Below are positions 8,590 to 16,322 of a stretch of DNA of 18,131 nt, one piece after another (the first letter of the stretch is position 1; the number at the start of each line of letters is the position of its first letter). The position numbers were made by a program, and so were the translations under genes. Source of the stretch: Fidelibacterota bacterium (lineage in GTDB: Bacteria > Fidelibacterota > Marinisomatia > Marinisomatales > S15-B10); NCBI GenBank assembly GCA_002729175.1, contig PBTS01000019.1, forward strand, positions 40,943 through 59,073, given 5' to 3'. The notes beneath the pieces are model-generated. The model saw only the letters and a list, made by a program, of their open reading frames with translations. It ran no database searches and was not told where the DNA came from.

Positions 8590-8657
8590 ACGCTCATCTC
8601 CTGAAGCTCAAAAGAGATGTTTTTCCGCTTCACCGAGAAGTGATCATTTTTCCACAT
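8580..8657 (-). CDS. Putative 25-aa upstream ORF/leader peptide (MWKNDHFSVKRKNISFELQEMSVWL)
   Basis: ATG at 8657 preceded by AAGGAGGGAGGAGGG; TGA at 8582-8580 ends 2 nt before the comM ATG at 8577. No homology recognised. Confidence 0.35.
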   Translation of the reverse strand: MWKNDHFSVKRKNISFELQEMSVWL

Positions 8658-8728
8658 GGGCCCTCCTCCCTCCTTGGCAATGTTACCTCACAAAAGATCC
8701 CACTGCCTTGATTTGTTTCTCTATCTTT

Positions 8729-8926
8729 CTAAGAGCACGAAAAGAATCCTTTCACCGCAAGATACGGCAAGAGAAGATAGAGAACGGTATCTCTGATCAG
8801 ATAGAAAAAAAAGAATGCAAATACGACCACCCAACCCCGCTTCCTGATAATTAGTGTGAATCCCCCCTTGCGATAGATATCCCGCCACTCACTGACCAGT
8901 TTGGGGATGAAATTACGCAAGGTCAA
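8729..8926 (-). CDS. Small hypothetical membrane protein (65 aa)
   Basis: 4-nt overlap with the upstream gene's stop; basic N-terminus, then hydrophobic GWVVVFAFFFFYLIRDTVLYLLLPYL. Confidence 0.75.
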   Translation of the reverse strand: MTLRNFIPKLVSEWRDIYRKGGFTLIIRKRGWVVVFAFFFFYLIRDTVLYLLLPYLAVKGFFSCS

Positions 8927-9357
8927 TTCGGTTTCTTTTTCTCTTTACCCAAGAGGCTTTCGTACCTCTCAAGCAGCGTCTGCTCCTTCATCTGGGAACG
9001 ATCATAGGCATACTCAAGCGCCTCCGGAAAGGGCCGTTCGTGGTATTCGGGCTGTGAGTAAAAATCGTCAACCCATCCCACAAACTTTACAACATCTGTG
9101 GTGTCTAGAACATCGAATATGTTATAAGACAACTCAGCCCGATTTTCATAGTACCATTTCGTGAAATCGCCACGACCTTGTTCGTTAATGAGGGATTTAT
9201 GTGTATCATACACCTGTGTGAGGTAAGCAAATAGATAAATTTCTTTCTCATTCGGCCGAAGTGTTTTCCAGTAAAGCGGAACGGGTGAATAATCTGCCTG
9301 AGCCGCGGCCATAGACAGCATGGTGACAGTCATGACAAATGTCCTGAATATTTTCAT
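8923..9357 (-). CDS. Hypothetical secreted alpha-helical protein (144 aa)
   Basis: Sec signal peptide ending in AAAQA; ATGA overlap with ispG; in-operon position. Confidence 0.85.
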   Translation of the reverse strand: MKIFRTFVMTVTMLSMAAAQADYSPVPLYWKTLRPNEKEIYLFAYLTQVYDTHKSLINEQGRGDFTKWYYENRAELSYNIFDVLDTTDVVKFVGWVDDFYSQPEYHERPFPEALEYAYDRSQMKEQTLLERYESLLGKEKKKPN

Positions 9358-10469
9358 TCCTCTACCTCCACTGGTTCCTTTTTTAGAGCGGCCGTTCCGT
9401 TCTGTTCATTTTCGATCATATTGAGAAGTCTTTCAATAGCTTCATCTTCATCCACGTGGCCGATTTTTTCACCATCCTTGTACAAGAGGCCACCTCCCTT
9501 ACCAAAAGCGATACCCATATCAGCGTGTGTCGCTTCACCGGGACCGTTCACGGCACAACCCATAAGCGCCAGTGACATTGGCTTTTTGACGCGGGACAGT
9601 TTTTCTTCCATATTTCCTGCAATTTTGAACAGGTCCACTTCCAACCGCCCACAGGTGGGACAGGAGATTATGGTAACACCACGACTGGCAAGACCGAGCG
9701 ATTTTAAAATCTCAAAACCAACCTTCACTTCTTCCACGGGATCATCAGTGAGACTAACTCGGATAGTGTCACCAATCCCCAGCTGGAGGAGGACGCCGAG
9801 TCCGATGGCCGATTTGATGCTGCCGCTTTTCACAGGCCCCGCCTCTGTCACCCCCAGGTGGAGGGGATAGTCATATTTTTCAGAAAAAAGTTTATAAGAG
9901 TCTATCATGAGCCGGGCATCAGAAGCCTTGAGGGAAACAATAATGTCTTCAAAATCAAACTCACTGCAGATGTTGATGTGTCTCTCGGCGCTCTCTACCA
10001 TGGCGGCGGGTGTGGGATAACCGTATTTCTCCAAAAGATCACTCTCCAGACTACCAGCATTGACACCGATGCGAATGGGGAGCCCCGCATTTTTCACTTT
10101 TGTAAGGACGGCCTCAACCCTGTCCCGCTTTCCGATATTACCCGGATTAATACGAATCTTGTCGGCACCGCTATCAACGGCCAGAAGGGCCATCTGGTAA
10201 TTGAAATGAATATCGGCCACCAGAGGCACATTCATGCGTTTCTTGTATTCAGGGAGCGCCTTTGCCGAAGCCTCATCTGGAACAGTGACACGGATGATCT
10301 GGCACCCTGCCTCCTCCAACCGCTCAATCTCCTTCAGTGTGGCCTGAACGTCGTCCGTCTTCGTGGTCGTCATAGACTGAACAGAGATAGGTGAACCACC
10401 ACCCACGGGCACATCACCCACCATTACCTGACGGGTCTCTCTTCGCTCTATTGGTTTTGTCGATTCCAT
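9354..10469 (-). CDS. ispG: (E)-4-hydroxy-3-methylbut-2-enyl-diphosphate synthase, two-domain form
   Basis: VQSMTTT, PLVADIHF, RINPGNIG, RIGVNAGSL, HLGVTEAG, GDTIRVSL, Fe-S ligands CPTCGR and GCAVNGPGE. Start moved to ATG 10469 (MESTK); the track starts at TTG 10502. Confidence 0.98.
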   Translation of the reverse strand: MESTKPIERRETRQVMVGDVPVGGGSPISVQSMTTTKTDDVQATLKEIERLEEAGCQIIRVTVPDEASAKALPEYKKRMNVPLVADIHFNYQMALLAVDSGADKIRINPGNIGKRDRVEAVLTKVKNAGLPIRIGVNAGSLESDLLEKYGYPTPAAMVESAERHINICSEFDFEDIIVSLKASDARLMIDSYKLFSEKYDYPLHLGVTEAGPVKSGSIKSAIGLGVLLQLGIGDTIRVSLTDDPVEEVKVGFEILKSLGLASRGVTIISCPTCGRLEVDLFKIAGNMEEKLSRVKKPMSLALMGCAVNGPGEATHADMGIAFGKGGGLLYKDGEKIGHVDEDEAIERLLNMIENEQNGTAALKKEPVEVEE

Positions 10470-10517
10470 TGTAATAGAAAAATTAGGCTTTCTCTTACCC
10501 AAAAACCAGTGAATTGG

Positions 10518-11636
10518 CTACTCTACCCTCGGTTCAAAGGGGCGGTGAAGATATTCTCTCGCCTCGGTCATAGCCGCCGAATAGTTGTCCAGCCTTACGG
10601 CTGAACGGTAGTCCTCAACAGCCAAACTTCTGTTACCGCGCAAGTCGTGGATATTGCCTCGAAGAAGATAGCCAAAACCTAACGGCGTATCCAGTTCAGT
10701 GTTGAATTCATTTATGGACTGTGTCACCATCTCCATGGCCCGATCGGTGTCCCCCTTATAAAAGGAGAGCAAGGCGTCATGGTACTTCAGAGTTGGCAGC
10801 CAACCCTTTTTTGAAAGAGACGGCAACTTTTCCGCCATTTCGTTGGTGAGCCTGAGATTGGCTTCCGCTTCATCCAGTCTGTTGAGCCGGATTAGACTCT
10901 CCGTGTAGAGATGCTGGTTGTAAATACTCTTCGGTATACGGTCCACCAGTCGCTGGGAAATAGTCAGCGCTTTCTCAAAATCCTGATCCATCCAGAGATA
11001 GACAAAGACAACAATTTGGGACGCCTCGATCCAGGCAAACTGGCCTTTTTCAGCAGTAATGGTCATCTGTTCCATGCCCAACGCTTTATCGGCATCAATC
11101 CCTACAAATCCTGCTAAGAATTGAACAAAACCGGACATGTTACCCGCGTAAAAGTTGAGTATGCCTATGGGGAAATAAGCGTCCCAAAGCTCCGGGTTTT
11201 TGTTGTGAACCGCTCGGATACCGCTATATCCTTTGATCCCCTCCATCACCACACTCATCCACTCCTTTTTCCCAAGATGAACCCGCGCCTTCACCCCTTT
11301 CGATGCCGCCGCATAGAGCCGGTATTCCGGCTCATCAGGATACTGTTCTATATAATCATCATAGACAGGAATGATCTTTTCGAGAGATGCAAAGAGTGTG
11401 TCGTAACTTTCTTCGATGCCGTTGTAGGCCTGGGCTCTAAGCCATTTCGACACGGCCCATGTAAAATGGACGGTAGGATGCTCAGGATGAAGCTCTCTTA
11501 CTTCAGATAGTATCGATACTGACTTGTTGAATTCGTAATTGTAGAAAGAATAGATCCCTTCCCACAAACGGTCATCTCCCGGTCGGTTGGCGGCTATGGA
11601 AACAGAAATAAGCGCAAAGATGAAAATCTTTTTCAT
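10518..11636 (-). CDS. Secreted tetratricopeptide-repeat protein
   Basis: Signal peptide MKKIFIFALISVSIAA; TPR-like helices (e.g. GYLLRGNIHDLRGNRSLAVEDYRSAV). Confidence 0.85.
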   Translation of the reverse strand: MKKIFIFALISVSIAANRPGDDRLWEGIYSFYNYEFNKSVSILSEVRELHPEHPTVHFTWAVSKWLRAQAYNGIEESYDTLFASLEKIIPVYDDYIEQYPDEPEYRLYAAASKGVKARVHLGKKEWMSVVMEGIKGYSGIRAVHNKNPELWDAYFPIGILNFYAGNMSGFVQFLAGFVGIDADKALGMEQMTITAEKGQFAWIEASQIVVFVYLWMDQDFEKALTISQRLVDRIPKSIYNQHLYTESLIRLNRLDEAEANLRLTNEMAEKLPSLSKKGWLPTLKYHDALLSFYKGDTDRAMEMVTQSINEFNTELDTPLGFGYLLRGNIHDLRGNRSLAVEDYRSAVRLDNYSAAMTEAREYLHRPFEPRVE

Positions 11637-11681
11637 ATGTAACCGTAAAGAGAAATTCTGGAAAATTTAAGAAAAGTGTAG

Positions 11682-13364
11682 CTAGTCAGAAGACCGGTTC
11701 GCCAACAAAAGCCACCCTTTTGCAGCATTGTCGTCAGAACGGATTGAGAGGCTTTTTTCCCACGCCGCCACAGCCATCTGTTTTTCACCCATATACCAGA
11801 AGGTGGCACCAAGACCGTTATAAGCATCCACATCTGACGGCACTATTTCCATGGCGTCCTGATAGGCCCTCAATGAGAGGCGGAACATACCGTTTTCACG
11901 ATAGAATTCCCCGGCGGTCTTAAGTGCGTTCACAAGCCATGCCGAACTGTTGGGATTTACAGAGAGTGCATTAGCGAAAGCACGACGGCTCAAATCTGTG
12001 AAGCCTGTCCTGTCATACTCAAGACTCATGATGTAATAAACCTCCGGCAGAAGCATGCGCACTTCCAGATGGTTGGGGGCGTAGCCTAGCATCTCTTCCC
12101 AAGCAGAAGCAGCTTTGCCCCATTCAAATGCACGGTAGTAGCTAAGGCCGTGTTTATTTCTTAGCGAAACGTTCATGGGATCCCTCGGTAGTACGCTTTC
12201 ATAAGTGATGGCTGCGTAAAGGTAGTTTCCCTGACCAAAGTAAAGGTCTCCCAGTGCAATTCCACCTCTTGGGTCCGATTGATCAATGGTCATGCTCTGC
12301 TTGTAGGTTTTCTTGGCCGACTCCAAATCACCTGTGGCTTCCTGCGCCTGGCCTTTCATGAAAACGAGGGATGCACTTTGCGAGAAACGGCTTGAATGTT
12401 CACTGGCTAGCCTAAGCACTTCATCATAGTCCCCTTTGTCCAGACTTGTGCGGACATCCTTCAGAAGTTGTGCCTGTCCGTTGGGTTGTTTCTTAGACAC
12501 TTCCTGAATGAGGTCCGAAGCCATGGACTTGGTTGAAGATTTACCGCCATAACGGGAGAGTTCCTCCATGGTAAGTTGGTGATTCGGATCCAGTTGAAGT
12601 GCTTCACGAAAAGCAAACTGAGCGTTATTGGTTTGTCCCATGCGAGTATAGAGTGAACCAAGGAAAAAATGATGATCTGCCACATTTGGTTCCATAGCAA
12701 TCAGCCTGAGATAGATATCTTTTGCTTCATTGAAGCGGCCTTCAGTTTCATGCTGGAGGGCCAGGTCCCGTTGAGCCCTTCTGTCTTCAGGTCTGTTGGC
12801 TGCTACTGTCTTAATTGTTTCGAGACGCTGGCGGTGGACCTCATCAGCAGAACGGGTATCCAGAGGCTTCAGCGCCATTCTTGCACTTCTCATCTTCCGG
12901 GTGGATGTGTCCATATCATTCGTCAACTTATATATACTGTCAGAAAGCTTGTACGGGCTCTTTGGCTTGACGACAGGTGTCGACGCAACCGATTTTTTCG
13001 GTTTGGACGTCGCTTTCTTCTTGGCGGACGCCACCATGGGGGTCAATTTCTTTATATAGTTCTGAGTCGTTTTGGTAGGAACAAGTTTGTGTGCTTTCTT
13101 AAAATCGCTGAGAGCACCAGCGTAATTCTTCTGTTTTATCCGCTGCTTCCCTCTGTCAATATATTTTTTGGCCTGAGCTCTCTTTGACGACTGATTCGAA
13201 GATCCGGATTTTTTGCTGCTCGATTTCTTTGGGGAACTCTTCTTCTTTTTCGTCTGTTTCTTCTGTACGGCAGCGGTGGGGACAGCATATACGAACCCAG
13301 GAAGGCTGCTCATAATAAATGACAGCGCCAAAAGATAAACAGTACCTCGGACAGTTTTACTCAA
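11682..13364 (-). CDS. Exported multi-TPR protein with Lys/Ser-rich N-terminal segments
   Basis: Likely TTG start at 13364 with SD GAGGT, giving signal peptide MSKTVRGTVYLLALSFIMSSLPGFVYA. Many TPR units (HFFLGSLYTRMG...ALQLDP; AYNGLGATFWYMG...SLSIRS). Confidence 0.88.
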   Translation of the reverse strand: MSKTVRGTVYLLALSFIMSSLPGFVYAVPTAAVQKKQTKKKKSSPKKSSSKKSGSSNQSSKRAQAKKYIDRGKQRIKQKNYAGALSDFKKAHKLVPTKTTQNYIKKLTPMVASAKKKATSKPKKSVASTPVVKPKSPYKLSDSIYKLTNDMDTSTRKMRSARMALKPLDTRSADEVHRQRLETIKTVAANRPEDRRAQRDLALQHETEGRFNEAKDIYLRLIAMEPNVADHHFFLGSLYTRMGQTNNAQFAFREALQLDPNHQLTMEELSRYGGKSSTKSMASDLIQEVSKKQPNGQAQLLKDVRTSLDKGDYDEVLRLASEHSSRFSQSASLVFMKGQAQEATGDLESAKKTYKQSMTIDQSDPRGGIALGDLYFGQGNYLYAAITYESVLPRDPMNVSLRNKHGLSYYRAFEWGKAASAWEEMLGYAPNHLEVRMLLPEVYYIMSLEYDRTGFTDLSRRAFANALSVNPNSSAWLVNALKTAGEFYRENGMFRLSLRAYQDAMEIVPSDVDAYNGLGATFWYMGEKQMAVAAWEKSLSIRSDDNAAKGWLLLANRSSD

Positions 13365-13444
13365 TGCGAAGACCTCTATTGCAAATATACAATGTTCGCT
13401 CAATATTTGGCTTAATGTTTTTATATTCAGTCAAAGAGGCCACA
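13365..13444. promoter_or_regulatory. AT-rich divergent promoter region
   Basis: 80-nt gap between divergent starts; inverted repeat CAAATAT-N14-ATATTTG (13382-13409); SD-like AGAGG before ATG 13445. Confidence 0.5.
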
Positions 13445-14068
13445 ATGCGTTTCAAATGCGGGAGATTCATACCTTGTCTTATGCTATTTTCCTCCGTTCT
13501 TCTTCACGGAGAAATCAAAGTTGAAGGTATCACTATTGAGGAGAAAACTAATGGTACACTTATTTCCATACATCTCAATAATCATCTTCCCGAGGATCAA
13601 ATCTCAGGATGGTTCAAGGAGACGGGATGGTTCTATGTAACACTACACGGCGTGACGGTGGACACAAACCGGACCTGGCCTTTAATCCGGACCGGTGCCG
13701 TTACCGGTTTTGAGGTACACCAAGTAGCTGAATCTGCACAACTCAATTTTCATCTAAAACAACAGGTGGGAGATTTTGAAATTATTTCTGACTCGGAAGG
13801 AAAAGTGAGTCTCACCCTTCGTTTGCCCCTGACCGAATCGGTGACGGCCATTGAGAAGGCTGGTAAACGACCGGCAGGTCAGGAAGTGACTGTTGGGCCA
13901 CCGAAGGAACTGACATGGCGTGCGGCAGTACCCTACTCTCTCATGTTCCTGGGAACAGGATTAGCGGCAAAAGGATCACTCCGCTCCGAAAAACAGGTGA
14001 CTACAGCGGGTGTGCTTATGATTATTGCGGGATGGCTGCTCTATTCACAGACGGAAAAAGACCAATGA
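13445..14068 (+). CDS. Exported protein with AMIN-like beta-domain and two C-terminal hydrophobic segments
   Basis: ATG 13445 with SD AGAGG; signal peptide; beta-strand pattern IKVEGITIEE..TLISIHL..WFYVTLHG..AQLNFHL reminiscent of AMIN domains (pattern only); C-terminal hydrophobic hairpin. Confidence 0.7.
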   Translation: MRFKCGRFIPCLMLFSSVLLHGEIKVEGITIEEKTNGTLISIHLNNHLPEDQISGWFKETGWFYVTLHGVTVDTNRTWPLIRTGAVTGFEVHQVAESAQLNFHLKQQVGDFEIISDSEGKVSLTLRLPLTESVTAIEKAGKRPAGQEVTVGPPKELTWRAAVPYSLMFLGTGLAAKGSLRSEKQVTTAGVLMIIAGWLLYSQTEKDQ

Positions 14069-14274
14069 CTGACCATTTGGACTACTTTGCCCTTTTCTAT
14101 GTGGCGGGTATTATTGTGTTTGGTATCCTCATGCGCCTCCGGTATCGGCAAAAAAAAGACAAAAACATCGAGGATTCAGATAAAAAGCACCGGGTCTATG
14201 AAGCTATGGCTCGGAGAATCCAGGAAGATGCCATGAGCCACCGGAGAGAGCGCGGTATGGAGGATGATTCGTGA
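14065..14274 (+). CDS. Small single-TM membrane protein (69 aa, MTDHLDYFALFYVAG...)
   Basis: ATGA overlap with the upstream stop and GTGA overlap with the downstream start; one TM helix followed by a basic stretch (RLRYRQKKDK). Confidence 0.75.
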   Translation: MTDHLDYFALFYVAGIIVFGILMRLRYRQKKDKNIEDSDKKHRVYEAMARRIQEDAMSHRRERGMEDDS

Positions 14275-16034
14275 GAAAAGTTCTTTTCATCCTTTTGCTA
14301 TCCTCCTCCTTCGCATACTCTGCTGGAGACAGTACGTTTAAGCAATTGACTCCAGAAGAATTGGTCTCGGCGGTACGGAAGATGACCTGGCGCACTCATT
14401 CCACTGCGGCGAAAGAGCGCCACAACTTTATCAAGTGCGGCGTACCCGTCCTGAAACAGCTGGCCGAGTCGGCCCCTTCCCTGGATGCCGAGACCAGAGA
14501 ACAGTTGAACGAATTGGGGATTGATACCGAGCGGCCAATGGCTGGTTTCGGGCGGCCGGAAGGATTGGAGTGGCACTACGATACAGGCATCTTCAGAATT
14601 CATTACACCTTGAAGGGAAACCATGCGGTAGATTCAACAGACTCGGACAGTGACGGAATCCCCGATATGGTTGAGCTCATGGCTGCTACAGCTGAAGAAA
14701 CTTACGCCGTTGAAATTGGGGAACACGGTTATACACGTCCACCTTCTGACAGATGGTACTCCGATAATGGCGGCACCGATGCCTACGATATCTACATACT
14801 GGATCTCGGAGATCTTCTGTACGGATTTACTCAATTTGAATACCTGGCCAACTTATCTGGCAACAACGAATTTTCCGAAGCTAAGGAAGAATACGCCGCT
14901 ACCAGTTATATTGTCATGAACAGTAATTACAGTTCTTTCCTTTGCGAAGAGGCTGCCTGTGTACAGGTCACCTTTGCCCATGAATTCTTCCATGCCATCC
15001 AGTTCGGCTATGACGCCTGGGATAGAATCTGGTTCCTAGAATCCACTGCTGTCTGGATGGAGGATGAGGTATACAACGATATCAATGACAATTACTACTT
15101 TTTAGAGTTGTGGATGAAACAGCCTCACGTAGCCCTTGATTACTCCCGGGCACCTCACTGGTACGGAAGCTGGATTTTCTTCCGTTACTTGTCCGAACAC
15201 TTTGGCGGTCCCGCCACCATACGAAAAATGTTTGAGCAAAGTGTTGAAAATGTTACCAAAGATGAGTCCGATAACACTATCTATAATATTGACCAGGTAT
15301 TGCGTCGCCGTGGTTCTTCATTTAGAGAAGCTCTGAATCAGATGGCAGTAGCAAATCATCTTCTAACGTCAGACAGTGATGCGGGCGACTACCGCTACGA
15401 GGAAGGCGCCGATTATAGGGAATACGGCATTGAACCGAGGCTGGATCGTACCGTAACCTTGAATGGTTCAGGCGCCATTGTAGAATATACCGGCAATGAA
15501 CTAATGCACAACGCCACGCACTACATCGGCTTCACACTACCGGAAGGTGCCATTGAAATGAATTTCGAAAGTTTCAGTGACTCACTGCGCTATAATATCA
15601 ACGGTATACCCGAAAGCGGCATCAGCTTCAGCGTTTACCGGGCCCGGGGGCGAACCATCATCCCCATCCCAACAGGAACAGACATGTTCACCGTAGCCGT
15701 TGTGACAGATACAGTTAAGAATGTGAAATACCACTATAGGCTGACGGTAAACACCGATGTGATCATCCCCACAGCTATCACACTTTCACCAAACTTCCCC
15801 AACCCCTTCAACGTCACCACCACCATCCGATTCTTTCTTCCCACCTGGGAAGAGGTAGCATTGTCAGTTGTGGATTTGAAAGGGCGGGAAGTGAAAAGCG
15901 TGAAACTGGGAGAAGTACAAGCCGGTTACAACGAAGTGACGCTGGAGGCGAGAGATCTCCCAAGCGGACCTTACCTTATAAAGCTGGACGGTGAAACGGA
16001 AACAGTAGCGCGTAAAGTGATGCTGATAAAATAG
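14271..16034 (+). CDS. Secreted gluzincin-type Zn metalloprotease (MXAN_6640-like) with C-terminal T9SS type A/FlgD-Ig-like domain
   Basis: Signal peptide; FRIHYT; HEFFHAIQFGY (14979-) with downstream WFLESTAVWMED; C-terminus PNFPNPFNVTTTIRF...DLKGREV...LPSGPYLIKL...RKVMLIK. SD GGAGG before the GTG start. Confidence 0.88.
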   Translation: MRKVLFILLLSSSFAYSAGDSTFKQLTPEELVSAVRKMTWRTHSTAAKERHNFIKCGVPVLKQLAESAPSLDAETREQLNELGIDTERPMAGFGRPEGLEWHYDTGIFRIHYTLKGNHAVDSTDSDSDGIPDMVELMAATAEETYAVEIGEHGYTRPPSDRWYSDNGGTDAYDIYILDLGDLLYGFTQFEYLANLSGNNEFSEAKEEYAATSYIVMNSNYSSFLCEEAACVQVTFAHEFFHAIQFGYDAWDRIWFLESTAVWMEDEVYNDINDNYYFLELWMKQPHVALDYSRAPHWYGSWIFFRYLSEHFGGPATIRKMFEQSVENVTKDESDNTIYNIDQVLRRRGSSFREALNQMAVANHLLTSDSDAGDYRYEEGADYREYGIEPRLDRTVTLNGSGAIVEYTGNELMHNATHYIGFTLPEGAIEMNFESFSDSLRYNINGIPESGISFSVYRARGRTIIPIPTGTDMFTVAVVTDTVKNVKYHYRLTVNTDVIIPTAITLSPNFPNPFNVTTTIRFFLPTWEEVALSVVDLKGREVKSVKLGEVQAGYNEVTLEARDLPSGPYLIKLDGETETVARKVMLIK

Positions 16035-16043
16035 ACTGGCGGC

Positions 16044-16286
16044 CTATGCGGGTAGTTCTCCCGCTGAAGCCATTGCCATTAGATTATCATAACCACCAAT
16101 GACCTCGTCATCGATGACAATCTGCGGAACACTCATTCCGCCGGTCATCTTCTGAAGCTCTTCCCTGCTCATCCCCTTCTCTTCGATGTTGATCTCTTCG
16201 TAAGACATTCCCTGCTCATCAAAGTACCGTTTCGCCATTACGCAATAGGAACACCAGTTGGTTGTATATATTTTGATAAGGCTCAT
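16044..16286 (-). CDS. Dithiol glutaredoxin (GrxC-like)
   Basis: Active site CSYC; SVPQIVI and IGGYD motifs; SD AGAGG. Confidence 0.92.
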   Translation of the reverse strand: MSLIKIYTTNWCSYCVMAKRYFDEQGMSYEEINIEEKGMSREELQKMTGGMSVPQIVIDDEVIGGYDNLMAMASAGELPA

Positions 16287-16322
16287 TTATGACCTCTTTT
16301 CATTAACCTGAATCTACAATAT

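Noticed and set aside
8595..8624. Plus-strand hairpin followed by TTTTT as an intrinsic terminator
   Set aside because: No plus-strand gene ends here and the stem pairs better on the minus strand; kept only as part of the leader finding.
8640..8715. SAM-I riboswitch resemblance (ATCAAG...GAGGGA...GGCCC.ATG on the minus strand)
   Set aside because: Spacing is wrong, the GCAACC and P1/P3 core elements are absent, and the downstream gene is not in sulfur metabolism.
13319..13403. Head-to-head overlap of the TPR and AMIN-like ORFs as given in the ORF track
   Set aside because: Artefact of longest-ORF calling. TTG 13364 and ATG 13445 both have SD motifs and yield signal peptides, leaving an 80-nt gap.
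13915..14064. N-terminal extension of the 119-aa plus-strand ORF
   Set aside because: It overlaps the upstream gene by about 150 nt; ATG 14065 in an ATGA overlap is the more plausible start.
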